A stretch of DNA of 64,000 bases from Candidatus Falkowbacteria bacterium RIFOXYC2_FULL_36_12 (GTDB taxonomy: Bacteria; Patescibacteriota; Patescibacteriia; UBA11705): NCBI GenBank assembly GCA_001778235.1, contig MFGJ01000007.1, forward strand, positions 77,085 to 141,084. The letters are read 5' to 3'. Made by a program: the position numbers and the translations under genes. Below, piece by piece: positions 18,841-28,152 of the stretch (position 1 is the first letter of the stretch; every line of letters starts with the position of its first letter). The notes below the pieces were generated by a model. It was not told the origin of the DNA and searched no databases. It saw only the letters and a program-made list of their open reading frames with translations.

Positions 18841-19362
18841 TTATTTATTATCTTTTATATTATTAATTACTGTGACGAAACTTCGCAGTGTTCCAGCCAA
18901 TACATTAACAAAGCCTGAAATTGGGGCGTTGATTGAACCAACAATCTTGGCATATAATTCCAACTTTGAAGGAAGCGCGGCCAATGCTTTGATACCAGGA
19001 ATATCAATTATTTCATTTTCAACTATACCACCACGGAATTGGACTTCTTCATGATTCTTGGCAAAGTCGGCTAAAATTTTTGCAGGAGCAACCTCATCTT
19101 CTCGGCCAAAAGCAACTGCCATACTACCAGAGTAATCAATCTTATCTTGACCTTCGAGTTTTAATTCGCTAATCAATTTTTTCAACAGGGTTTTCTTGAC
19201 AGCCAAAAACTCAACATTTTCTTCTTTGCATTTATTTCGTAGCTCTTCGGTCGCAACAACTGTCAAGCCATTGAAATCAGCAACAATCATTGATTTTGCA
19301 CCAGTCATTTGTTCTTTTAATATTTTTAGAGCATCTGATTTTTGCTCTTTGGTTTTTGCCAT
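18841..19362 (-). CDS. rplJ: 50S ribosomal protein L10
   Basis: L10 family sequence. Located upstream of rplL. Confidence 0.9.
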   Translation of the reverse strand: MAKTKEQKSDALKILKEQMTGAKSMIVADFNGLTVVATEELRNKCKEENVEFLAVKKTLLKKLISELKLEGQDKIDYSGSMAVAFGREDEVAPAKILADFAKNHEEVQFRGGIVENEIIDIPGIKALAALPSKLELYAKIVGSINAPISGFVNVLAGTLRSFVTVINNIKDNK

Positions 19363-19547
19363 ATTATTTGTTAATAATTTAGTAATTAAATCCTAGTAAT
19401 TGGATATAAAAAATCCCCGGTTGCCCGCAGATGAAATAAAACTGTTGTGGCTATACATCAAAATGATGTATCAGCTTCTAGTCCTATGCAAGGTATTGGT
19501 TTAAGCCAGTGTGGCCCTTGCAGTCTGCGGAAATATATTGTAGTTAT
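19363..19547 (-). promoter_or_regulatory. Putative ribosomal protein L10 leader (structured 5' UTR)
   Basis: GC-rich long-range pairing (CCGCAGA…TCTGCGG) and a hairpin plus U-tract just upstream of rplJ. Sits downstream of a consensus promoter. Confidence 0.4.
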
Positions 19548-19576
19548 ATACTAACAAAAATAACGGGCATTGTCAA
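19548..19576 (-). promoter_or_regulatory. Sigma70-type promoter of rplJ-rplL
   Basis: TTGACA-N17-TAGTAT on the minus strand. Confidence 0.5.
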
Positions 19577-19618
19577 TAAGCAATTTTTATCCTAAAAATA
19601 AACAAAAAAACAGCCGAT

Positions 19619-20386
19619 TTAGACTGATTTATTTTTCTTTCTATAACAAACCGAACAAATTTTTCCTTGCTCAAAATCACGGTATTTTAGCCTTCTTTGG
19701 TGCCTGCAAATACCACATTTGCCGTAGTTTTTAGGTATAAATATCCGTTGATAACAGGTATGGCAATATGGCATATTTTCTGGGTCACGATATCTGACTG
19801 ATCGGATTTTATTGCAACCAAAGCATTTCTTTTTATTGCCTTTTTTGTTATAACATTTTCGACACATTTTCCGTCCATCTAGTAAATTTTTAACAATGAT
19901 ATAATAGCCCTGACAAAATGAACACTTAAACTTCTTGTGATCATAAACTTCTCTCAAATAACAGGTAGAACAAATTGCATCTACTTCACTTAGCCAGATA
20001 TGTAATGGCTTCTTCTGCTTACAGATGACACAGACAATTAAGGAAAATTTCTGACGATAACATGTACGACAAAACTCGTTTTTCTGTTCATCTCGACCAT
20101 AAAAAAGTTTTTGTTTGTTACAACTGTTACAAATAATTGTTTTAGGACAATACTTTTTCCTTTTATAATTTTTACTGAAACTCATTGTTCCATTTTTTGC
20201 CCTATAGTTAACAATTTTTTGTTTGAGGCTAATTTCAGGTAAAACAACATTCTGATTTTGACTTAATGGATTTTCTTTTTCATTTTTTTCTCTCTGACGG
20301 CAGTCAAAACAGAGCTCAAAAACTGAAAACTTTGATGGTCGAACTGTATTTTTGATTTCCAGGCATAAATCACACCGATTGCTCAT
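19619..20386 (-). CDS. Basic protein with six tandem CxxC-X14-17-CxxC(Y) zinc-ribbon modules
   Basis: Six spaced CxxC…CxxCY units are visible in the translation. The protein is K/R-rich. Start at MSNRCDLC follows a GGAGGGG SD and overlaps the GT4 stop codon. Confidence 0.65.
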   Translation of the reverse strand: MSNRCDLCLEIKNTVRPSKFSVFELCFDCRQREKNEKENPLSQNQNVVLPEISLKQKIVNYRAKNGTMSFSKNYKRKKYCPKTIICNSCNKQKLFYGRDEQKNEFCRTCYRQKFSLIVCVICKQKKPLHIWLSEVDAICSTCYLREVYDHKKFKCSFCQGYYIIVKNLLDGRKMCRKCYNKKGNKKKCFGCNKIRSVRYRDPENMPYCHTCYQRIFIPKNYGKCGICRHQRRLKYRDFEQGKICSVCYRKKNKSV

Positions 20387-21530
20387 TGTCCCCTCCAAGG
20401 AATTGCTGGAGTTTGCTGGCTTGGATTGACCACTGGAAAGTTTGATTGATGCGACTAATGCCTTGATTAGCAAGAATGGCAGATTTTTCTGGATTGTCAA
20501 TTAGCTGTGAAATTGCCTCGGCGATTTCAATGGGGTTCAAGGGATTAACAACTAAACCATTATAATCATGAATTACAGCCTCAATCGCGCCACCACTGCG
20601 CCCGGCAATCGCTGGTAGACCAAAGAGGTTTGCTTCTAGGTAAACAATACCAAAACCCTCCACATCGCCATTATCGAGCCTCCTAGCGGGCATAACAAAG
20701 ATATCAGCTAGTTCATAATAAATTGGCAGTTCATGATCGGTTATGTTTTCAATTATTCGAACATTATTTGATAAGCCATACATCTGGATCATGTTTAGCA
20801 AGTAATTTTTATATTTTCCTTTACCGATTATAAGATACAAAATTTTAGGGTACTTGGATACAAGTATTTTCACAGCTTCAATCGTCTTGTCCGCACCTTT
20901 CCTTTCAACCAATCGACCAACGGTTATAATTATTTTTCGATCTGTGAGTGTTTCTTCTCTGATAATTTTATCTTTTAATGTTTGATCAGAACTTTTTTGA
21001 GAGAAATTTGGGCAAGGATAAATAATCTCAACTGGAGTATTATTGCCCAAGCCAACCTTGGTTAATTCATGACTGGTATATTGGCTATTGACAATTATTC
21101 TATCAGCATGTTTCAAAATTTTCTTTAATAAATGCCTTTTTCTCGGTCGAGATTGAGACAAGGCAATGTCTAAACCATGAAAAGATAATACATATGGAAT
21201 ATTCAAGAATTTTTTCAAAAGATAGGCGATTGTGCCACCGGGCAGGACTTGGGCGACAATAATTTGCTCAATTTTTTCACTCCTGACTATTCTCCAGGTT
21301 TGGAATAAAAAAGGTAGCCATTTTGGCCAAATTAATTTTTTGTTTGATAATAATTTATGGCGATAAATTAAGAAATTCTGTTTAATATCAAAATCAAGAG
21401 AATTATCATATTCTGGAGCAAGAACCACAATATCTTTATCTGGCAACTGTTTTAGTAAATTTGCCCAATAATTTGAAACACCACCAAACATTGGTGGGAA
21501 ATCCAGAGTGATAAGCAATGTTTTTTTCAT
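20370..21530 (-). CDS. Glycosyltransferase family 4
   Basis: EGFGIVYLEANLFGLPAIAGRSGG motif of GT4/GT-B enzymes. Confidence 0.85.
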   Translation of the reverse strand: MKKTLLITLDFPPMFGGVSNYWANLLKQLPDKDIVVLAPEYDNSLDFDIKQNFLIYRHKLLSNKKLIWPKWLPFLFQTWRIVRSEKIEQIIVAQVLPGGTIAYLLKKFLNIPYVLSFHGLDIALSQSRPRKRHLLKKILKHADRIIVNSQYTSHELTKVGLGNNTPVEIIYPCPNFSQKSSDQTLKDKIIREETLTDRKIIITVGRLVERKGADKTIEAVKILVSKYPKILYLIIGKGKYKNYLLNMIQMYGLSNNVRIIENITDHELPIYYELADIFVMPARRLDNGDVEGFGIVYLEANLFGLPAIAGRSGGAIEAVIHDYNGLVVNPLNPIEIAEAISQLIDNPEKSAILANQGISRINQTFQWSIQASKLQQFLGGDNEQSV

Positions 21531-22243
21531 ATTAATGTAATTATCCCTAATTGTCCTCCTTGGTTAGCACTTTTATCTCTCCGGTATGAATAATATTTAT
21601 GATTACAGCTGGTACAAACTGAACTTATTTCAAGGTTTTTGTGATGAACTCCAACGGTTTTTAGCTGATCAACAACCAGTGCGGTCAAATCATAATACAA
21701 TCTGTTATTAATTTTCTGCAAAAATTTGGACGGGAACATGTCAAGAATGTCTTGTTTTATCTCAAAACAGCATTTACCTATATGTGGACCAATTGCAATG
21801 TGCAAGCTATCTGACTTTGTATTATAATCTTTTTTCATTAATTCTGCAAGTTTAGGGATAATTTCCTTGACTACACCTTGCCAGCCTGCATGGGCGATAG
21901 CAATAACTTGATTTTGCTTATCATAAAAAAAAACGGGTAGACAATCCGCAGTCTCAATCCCTAAAATTATATTTTTTTCATTGGTTATTAGTGCATCATA
22001 GCCATTAAGCCAATTTTTCTCGGTTGATCCTCGACCACGGTCTTTTGAAATGACTTTAATTATTTTATTGCCATGAACCTGCTGAACTGTCACAAGATTT
22101 GGTAATGACAATTCAAGTTGATTAAAAAATGTCTGACGATTTGCCAGAACATTGTCACCAGACCATTTGAAAGATAAATTGCCATCGGTTGAATCACTAA
22201 ATGTTGCAATAATATCTGAAAATTTTTCAAAAAATCCAATCAT
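21527..22243 (-). CDS. YfiH/PgeF-family (laccase-domain) purine nucleoside/peptidoglycan editing enzyme
   Basis: ETADCLPV…HAGWQG…C…H motifs of the YfiH family. Confidence 0.75.
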   Translation of the reverse strand: MIGFFEKFSDIIATFSDSTDGNLSFKWSGDNVLANRQTFFNQLELSLPNLVTVQQVHGNKIIKVISKDRGRGSTEKNWLNGYDALITNEKNIILGIETADCLPVFFYDKQNQVIAIAHAGWQGVVKEIIPKLAELMKKDYNTKSDSLHIAIGPHIGKCCFEIKQDILDMFPSKFLQKINNRLYYDLTALVVDQLKTVGVHHKNLEISSVCTSCNHKYYSYRRDKSANQGGQLGIITLI

Positions 22244-22244
22244 A

Positions 22245-23681
22245 TTATTTTCTCAACATTGATTGCTTGAGATAAGTCATGTCTTGTCGGGAAAAACCTT
22301 TGACTAAGTATAAAACTCCAATATAAATAATAGCACCGATTACCATTACCAGAACTAAATTCATTGACTGTTTCAAGTATAAAACTGCAATGGTCATAAT
22401 GACAGCACTTAAAATAGTTTTAGCAAAAACAAGTATTAAATTCCGACGGCTATATGGGATAATTTTCCTGGCAACAAAAAGACTGATTAAAAAAAGTAAT
22501 GCGTGGCAAACAAGAAAAACAGCTGCAGCTCCAATATAACTATATTGGGGTATAAAAATTAAATTCAAAATAATATTCAAAGCCATAACAAGACCAACCA
22601 ACTTGGTATTTGTGACTTGCTTATCACAACCGTTTAGCAAAGCTCCTAAGGGGAAATTGAGAAAAACAAAAATCAAACCAAAAACTAATATCTTCAAAGT
22701 TAAAACAGAATTAATAAATTGCTGGCCAAAAAGCATTGGAATAACTTCATCGGATAAGCTTAATAAACCGAATGATATTGGCACGACAAAAATTGTCAGT
22801 AGCAACATGGCTTTATCAAAGGAAAATTTCAACTTTGCTTTGTCATGAACAAAATAATAGCTGAATGCTGGAAAAATGGCGGCAGCAAAAGCCGATGGGA
22901 TAAATTGAAGAGCAAATGGAACCTTCATGGCTGTTTGGTAAAAGCCTACCGCAGCATCACCTTTTAGATATGATAAAAGAACAGAGTCAATATTGCCATA
23001 GATGCGACTAAAAATCGCAATTAAAGCAAACGGTAAGGCAATTTTGAACAAAAATTTTAATATTTCAGGATCAAATTTCCAACAATATCGGACATTTAAT
23101 TTCCGACGAACCATGATACTAGAGTAGACAAAATTAAAAAGCCCACCGGCTAGAAGCGGTAACATTAAAAACATCAAGCTTTGATGGGTCAGTAAAACAT
23201 AGGCGCCGGATAAAACCACGACAACTTGACTAATCACAATACTGAAAGCCTCATATTTTAGATTTTGTCCACCACGAAAAACACCCCAAAAACTAAGAGT
23301 GAAGGAATCTAACATCATCAACAAACCAGATAAATATACTAAATTTTTGGTAATAGGTGGATAGCCCATTAAGTTTATCACCAGAATAACTACCAAATAA
23401 GATAAAATAGCCAAGATAGACTTTGAAGTCAGGATTGAAGATAAATATTTACTGGTTTTGTCAAAACTTTTGGCTGACTCTCTTATCAAAGCTGATGATA
23501 AACCGAAATCAATGAAAACCGCAAACATGGTGGTAAATGACAAGGCAAAAGTATATTTACCTAAATCTTCAACGCCAATAAATCTAGCAATTAAAACAAA
23601 ATAAACAAAAGCAAGGATTTTCTGTCCGATATAGGCAAGAGTGAGGTAAGTTGTGTTTTTGGCGATTGTTTGTTTTGTCAT
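22245..23681 (-). CDS. Polysaccharide/oligosaccharide flippase (MOP superfamily, Wzx-like)
   Basis: 478 aa with about 12-14 TM helices and MOP-family topology. Confidence 0.75.
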   Translation of the reverse strand: MTKQTIAKNTTYLTLAYIGQKILAFVYFVLIARFIGVEDLGKYTFALSFTTMFAVFIDFGLSSALIRESAKSFDKTSKYLSSILTSKSILAILSYLVVILVINLMGYPPITKNLVYLSGLLMMLDSFTLSFWGVFRGGQNLKYEAFSIVISQVVVVLSGAYVLLTHQSLMFLMLPLLAGGLFNFVYSSIMVRRKLNVRYCWKFDPEILKFLFKIALPFALIAIFSRIYGNIDSVLLSYLKGDAAVGFYQTAMKVPFALQFIPSAFAAAIFPAFSYYFVHDKAKLKFSFDKAMLLLTIFVVPISFGLLSLSDEVIPMLFGQQFINSVLTLKILVFGLIFVFLNFPLGALLNGCDKQVTNTKLVGLVMALNIILNLIFIPQYSYIGAAAVFLVCHALLFLISLFVARKIIPYSRRNLILVFAKTILSAVIMTIAVLYLKQSMNLVLVMVIGAIIYIGVLYLVKGFSRQDMTYLKQSMLRK

Positions 23682-23780
23682 AAAGTAATTAAATTATACA
23701 GTAAATTGTAATGATTTCAAAATTGTTAAGTGCGAATAATAATTGCTTATTTCAATCTCATCTAGTCATAAAATTTTCAC

Positions 23781-23815
23781 ATAAAAATCCTCTGCTAAGA
23801 GGATTTTTATTTATA
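23781..23815. terminator. Bidirectional intrinsic terminator downstream of rpsI
   Basis: A5-AATCCTCT-gcta-AGAGGATT-T5. Confidence 0.55.
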
Positions 23816-23828
23816 TAAATGGTTTTGA

Positions 23829-24320
23829 TTAACGCTTTCTCCATTGTGGTGCACGACGAGCTCGCTTCAAACCTGGTTTTTTTCGTTCTTTCTTTCGCGC
23901 ATCTCGAGTAATATAACCAGCTTTTTTCAATGGTTTTCTAAAATTTGGATTCAGCTGAATCAAAGCCTTGGCAATACCATTGCGAATAGCTTCAGCTTGG
24001 CTAGAAATACCGCCACCAGAAACTTTTACAGTAACATTCAATTTGTCCCCTTGTCCGATTAATTTCTGCGGAGACCGAACAATTTCCTGAAGTTCAAATG
24101 TTGGAAAATAAACTTCAAAAGCTTTTTCATTAACAGTAAATTTACCTTCACCCTTTTTGTAAACTCGAACTTGGGCGACTGAAGTTTTTCTTTTACCAAC
24201 AGAATATAAATATTCACCCCGTTTCTTGTCTTCTTCAACAACAACTTCCTCGACCAAAGGAGTTACAGGAGCTGTTTCGGTTTTTTTTCTAACTTTTTTA
24301 ATTGTTTTTTCTACTGCCAT
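23829..24320 (-). CDS. rpsI: 30S ribosomal protein S9 (with N-terminal extension)
   Basis: C-terminal …GGGISSQAEAIRNGIAKAL…RDARKKERKKPGLKRARRAPQWRKR. Confidence 0.9.
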   Translation of the reverse strand: MAVEKTIKKVRKKTETAPVTPLVEEVVVEEDKKRGEYLYSVGKRKTSVAQVRVYKKGEGKFTVNEKAFEVYFPTFELQEIVRSPQKLIGQGDKLNVTVKVSGGGISSQAEAIRNGIAKALIQLNPNFRKPLKKAGYITRDARKKERKKPGLKRARRAPQWRKR

Positions 24321-24326
24321 AGTATA

Positions 24327-24677
24327 TTAGTTTGCGAAACGCAATCTTTTAATCATCTCTGCTCTTAATTTATTTTTTGGAAGCATATTATAAACAGCTT
24401 TTTTCAAAACTTCTCTTGGTTTTTCTGCCATTAATTTTTTCATCTGGGTTGTTTTTAACCCACCTGGATAACCAGAATGTCGATAATACATTTTTTGTTC
24501 AAGTTTTTTACCAGTAATTTTCATTTTTTCTACACCGGTCACGGTCACTACTGCACCAGAATCTAGACGAGGATCAAAATCAACACGATTTTTACCGTGC
24601 AATAAAAAAGCAATATCAGAGGCTAATCTGCCAAGCGCTTTATCTGTTGCATCAATTGTATGAAATTGTCTTTGCAT
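24327..24677 (-). CDS. rplM: 50S ribosomal protein L13
   Basis: LGRLAS…LHGKN…YY(R)HSGYPGG motifs. The C-terminus looks shortened. Confidence 0.85.
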   Translation of the reverse strand: MQRQFHTIDATDKALGRLASDIAFLLHGKNRVDFDPRLDSGAVVTVTGVEKMKITGKKLEQKMYYRHSGYPGGLKTTQMKKLMAEKPREVLKKAVYNMLPKNKLRAEMIKRLRFAN

Positions 24678-24689
24678 AATATTAAATAT

Positions 24690-25043
24690 TTAGACTAATT
24701 CTAGCGAAACCATCTGTGCTTGATCGCCAGATCTTGGTCCAATTTTTATAATTCGAGTATAACCACCTTTTCGGTCTTTGTATTTCGGGCCGATTTCTTC
24801 TAACAATTTTTTTACTGCTTTTCCTGTATAAAAATATTTTTCAAGATTTCTTTTTACAGCTAATTCATTTTTCTTGCTAGCAGTAATGTATTTTTCGATA
24901 ATCGGTCTGACAGCTTGAGCTTTGGTCTTGGTGGTTTTTATTTTCCCATTGTTCAAAACAAAGCTTGTAGCAAGACTGCGAAGTAATGCTTTTCTCGGAT
25001 CTCTTGTTCTGCCAAGTTTTTTGCCTGACTTTTGGTGTCTCAT
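24690..25043 (-). CDS. rplQ: 50S ribosomal protein L17
   Basis: MRHQKSGKKLGRTRDPRKALLRSL N-terminus. Confidence 0.9.
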   Translation of the reverse strand: MRHQKSGKKLGRTRDPRKALLRSLATSFVLNNGKIKTTKTKAQAVRPIIEKYITASKKNELAVKRNLEKYFYTGKAVKKLLEEIGPKYKDRKGGYTRIIKIGPRSGDQAQMVSLELV

Positions 25044-25049
25044 AAAAAA

Positions 25050-25805
25050 TTATTCTTTTTCAGCAGTCGCCTCCTCTGATTCTTCGATTGAAGCATCAGC
25101 TGGCTCTTCTGCTTGTTTTTTTCCATTAACTAATAGTTGAAAATGGTTTATTAAAATTTCAGTTGACTGCTCAACAGCTTCTTGTGGAGTAATGGAACCA
25201 TCGGTTTCAATAGTCATTGTCAATTTATCATAATCTGTAATGTCTCCAACACGAGTATGTTCAACTTTGTATCCAACATTTCTAATTGGTGAAAAAACTG
25301 CGTCAACTAACATTGTTCCAATCGTAACATCATCCTTATTTCTCTCTTCAACCGGCAAATAACCTCTACCTTTCTGAACTGTAATTTCCATTTCTAATTC
25401 AGCTTTTTTGTCAGTAAGGGTAGCAATAGCCAAATCAGTATTAACAACTTCTACATCACTATTTTTTGAAATATCTTTGGCAGTGACAACTTTTTCTCCT
25501 TTGGCTTTCAAGGTAAGAACAACAGGTTCATCTGTATGGATTTTTACTCTAAGATTTTTTAGATTCAACATTATATTCAAGGCATCTTCTTTAACATTAT
25601 CAACTGATGAAAATTCTTGATCAGCTCCTTTGATTTTTACGGAAGTTACTGCAGCTCCAGGTAAAGATGAGAGTAAAACTCGTCTCAAAGCATTGCCGAT
25701 TGTTGTACCATAACCAAAATATAGTGGCTCAATTTCTAGAATTGCCTCGTTGGCATTACTGCCTTTTTTGTAATTTATTTTTGATGGCAGGAGAAATAAC
25801 TCCAT
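25050..25805 (-). CDS. rpoA: DNA-directed RNA polymerase alpha subunit (N-terminal domain only)
   Basis: EPLYFGYGTTIGNALRRVLLSSLPGAAVTSVKI is the alpha-NTD signature. The protein ends in an acidic tail after about 250 aa, and no alpha-CTD is visible. Confidence 0.85.
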   Translation of the reverse strand: MELFLLPSKINYKKGSNANEAILEIEPLYFGYGTTIGNALRRVLLSSLPGAAVTSVKIKGADQEFSSVDNVKEDALNIMLNLKNLRVKIHTDEPVVLTLKAKGEKVVTAKDISKNSDVEVVNTDLAIATLTDKKAELEMEITVQKGRGYLPVEERNKDDVTIGTMLVDAVFSPIRNVGYKVEHTRVGDITDYDKLTMTIETDGSITPQEAVEQSTEILINHFQLLVNGKKQAEEPADASIEESEEATAEKE

Positions 25806-25880
25806 AAAATTATACCGCACAACTCTCACCTTTTTACCCTCCTGGATAATCAAGGAATAGAGAAATCGCGACTTTATTTA

Positions 25881-26519
25881 TTAACGAGAATAGAACTCAA
25901 CGATTGATTTCATGTCAAAATCAAGTGCAAACTTCTTGGAATCTGGAACAGAAACTACCTTGCCTGACATATCTTGTGGATCGACAAATAGCCAATTTGC
26001 TAATTCATGATTTTTTAATCTTTCAGCTAAATCATTGAATACTACTCGGTTTTTTATACTTTTTTCTCGTACGGTGATAACATCATTCACTTTTAATTGG
26101 TATGATGGGATATCTACTTTCTTCCCATTAACCATGAAATGACCGTGACTGACTAATTGTCGAGAATGTTTTATTGATTTACCATAGCCCAATTTGTGGA
26201 CAACATTATCAAGTCTCATTTCAAGCATTCGGTATAGAGCTTGACCAGTTGTTTCTGCTTTTTGAGCAATAGCTTTGTCAAAATAGTTTTTGAACTGTTT
26301 TTCTCTTAAATTATATAAACTTTTAGCTGATTGTTTTTCTCTAAGCTGTTTTCCGAAATCGGTCAATCGTGCTCTAGTCTGTTTTGGCCCCTGAATACCT
26401 GGACCATAACTTCTTCGAGTAATGGCACAATTGGGGGAATCACAACGACCGTCTTTTAGATAAAGCTTTTTACCTGTACGCCGACAGATTCTACATTTTG
26501 CATTTTGATTTTCTGACAT
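25881..26519 (-). CDS. rpsD: 30S ribosomal protein S4
   Basis: Canonical S4 sequence including a zinc ribbon (CRICRR…C…C). Confidence 0.95.
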   Translation of the reverse strand: MSENQNAKCRICRRTGKKLYLKDGRCDSPNCAITRRSYGPGIQGPKQTRARLTDFGKQLREKQSAKSLYNLREKQFKNYFDKAIAQKAETTGQALYRMLEMRLDNVVHKLGYGKSIKHSRQLVSHGHFMVNGKKVDIPSYQLKVNDVITVREKSIKNRVVFNDLAERLKNHELANWLFVDPQDMSGKVVSVPDSKKFALDFDMKSIVEFYSR

Positions 26520-26542
26520 AATTTATTGAAAACTATACCCGA

Positions 26543-27073
26543 TTATACTCTTCGTGGTTTGCGTCTTCGGCAACCATTGTGAGGAATCGGAGTAATATCT
26601 TTAATAGACAAAATATTTATACCATTGGCATTGATGGCTCTAACAGCAGATTCTCTACCCAAGCCAACACCTTTTACAAAAACATTAACTTCTTTTAGAC
26701 CATATTGAATGATTTTATCAGTTGCTTTTTTGACAATTACAGAGGCAGCATATGGAGTAGCTTTTCTTGCACCTTGGAAACCATTTTCTCCAGCGCTTGA
26801 TGAAGCTAAAACATTACCATTCTGGTCAGTAAAAGTGACGGTAGTATTGTTGTATGTTGCTTTAATATATGCTCTGCCAAGAGAAACTTGCTTCAATACT
26901 TTCTTTTTTCCTTTTGCAGTTTTAATTTTTGCATTAGCTGAAGGCTTTTTCTTGTCTTTTGACTGATTTTCAACTGCAATATCCGCTGAATCATTTGGTG
27001 TAGAGGTGGTAGCAATATCAGCTTCTTTTTCAGCAACCTGATTGTCTTCAATTGTCTTTTTTTCGTCTGCCAT
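26543..27073 (-). CDS. rpsK: 30S ribosomal protein S11 (N-terminal acidic/basic extension)
   Basis: C-terminal S11 core (…VKGVGLGRESAVRAI…IPHNGCRRRKPRRV). Confidence 0.9.
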   Translation of the reverse strand: MADEKKTIEDNQVAEKEADIATTSTPNDSADIAVENQSKDKKKPSANAKIKTAKGKKKVLKQVSLGRAYIKATYNNTTVTFTDQNGNVLASSSAGENGFQGARKATPYAASVIVKKATDKIIQYGLKEVNVFVKGVGLGRESAVRAINANGINILSIKDITPIPHNGCRRRKPRRV

Positions 27074-27113
27074 AGTTATAGTAATAAAAATTTTTGATTA
27101 TCAAATTTAAATA

Positions 27114-27503
27114 TTATGTTTTTTGAGCACTAGCTTTCTTTCCACTACCGGCTGTTCGTCTAACATTGCCACGGACTGTGCGAGAATTTGTCTTGGTTCT
27201 CTGACCTCGGGCTGGTAAAGATCGGCTATGACGACTACCACGATATGATTTTATTTCTTTCAAACGCTTGATGTCAGTCAAAACATCTCTTCGAAGTGAA
27301 CCTTCAGTTCTCATATCATTTTCAATAATCGCACGCAAACGGCTGACTTCGTCGTCGGTCAAATCTTTTACTTTTTTATTAATATCAATTTTAGTTTGAT
27401 TTAAAATTTTTGTACTGACTGCCTTACCAATGCCGTAAATATAAGTTAATCCGATCTGGACTCTTTTTTCATTTGGTAAATTTACACCTGATATTCTAGC
27501 CAT
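27114..27503 (-). CDS. rpsM: 30S ribosomal protein S13
   Basis: MARISGVNLP…GIG… canonical S13. Confidence 0.95.
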   Translation of the reverse strand: MARISGVNLPNEKRVQIGLTYIYGIGKAVSTKILNQTKIDINKKVKDLTDDEVSRLRAIIENDMRTEGSLRRDVLTDIKRLKEIKSYRGSRHSRSLPARGQRTKTNSRTVRGNVRRTAGSGKKASAQKT

Positions 27504-27524
27504 AAAATATAAATAAAATTAAAA

Positions 27525-27638
27525 TTATCCTTGGCGCTGTTTATGCTTGGGATTTTTACAAATAACTCCGACGCGTCCTTTGCGTCGAACAATTTTACAA
27601 TCTTTGCAGATTTTTTTCACTGATGATCGAACTTTCAT
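27525..27638 (-). CDS. rpmJ: 50S ribosomal protein L36
   Basis: Hand-translated 37 aa: [37 protein letters not shown]. Not in the supplied ORF track. Confidence 0.85.
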   Translation of the reverse strand: MKVRSSVKKICKDCKIVRRKGRVGVICKNPKHKQRQG

Positions 27639-27695
27639 AATAAATCTCTTACATCTGAATTTTCAGATGCAGTCAGTAATAATAGATTATTTTTT

Positions 27696-27911
27696 TTAGA
27701 AACGGTAAACCACTCTGCCTTTGGATAAATCATAAGGTGTCATTTCCACCTTGACTTTATCTCCTGGTAATAAACGGATTTTATTCATCCTCATTTTCCC
27801 AGAAAGATGCGCCATGATTTCATGTCCATTTTCAAGAGCGATACGGAACAAGGTTGCAGGAAGTAATTCCTCAACTGTGCCCACCATCTCAATTACATCT
27901 TGTTTTCCCAT
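27696..27911 (-). CDS. infA: Translation initiation factor IF-1
   Basis: Canonical IF-1 (…MVGTV…[18 protein letters not shown]…). Confidence 0.95.
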   Translation of the reverse strand: MGKQDVIEMVGTVEELLPATLFRIALENGHEIMAHLSGKMRMNKIRLLPGDKVKVEMTPYDLSKGRVVYRF

Positions 27912-27934
27912 TGAATATTGGTAAAGATAGGTTA

Positions 27935-27962
27935 ATTATACAGTAAAATAAAATATTGTCAA
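27935..27962 (-). promoter_or_regulatory. Consensus sigma70 promoter of the infA-rpmJ-rpsM… operon
   Basis: TTGACA-N16-TATAAT on the minus strand, about 17 nt upstream of the infA ATG. It overlaps the palindrome TTGTCAATC-N20-GATTGACTA. Confidence 0.55.
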
Positions 27963-28152
27963 TCCCATAGTAAACAATCTTGGAGATTGACTATTTTCAC
28001 CTATTTTAGATAAATAATACTTAATTTTTTAATGATAAATTTTCTAGAAATGCTTAAATTCAAAGCACCAATATAATAGCTAATTAATAAAATTTTGTCA
28101 AATTTTAGGGTAAAAGTTTATCCACATTAGAAAAGCGAGTTCAGGAATTAAC

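Noticed and set aside
24059-24244. 61-aa ORF within rpsI
   Set aside because: It is an alternative frame of a conserved ribosomal protein gene.
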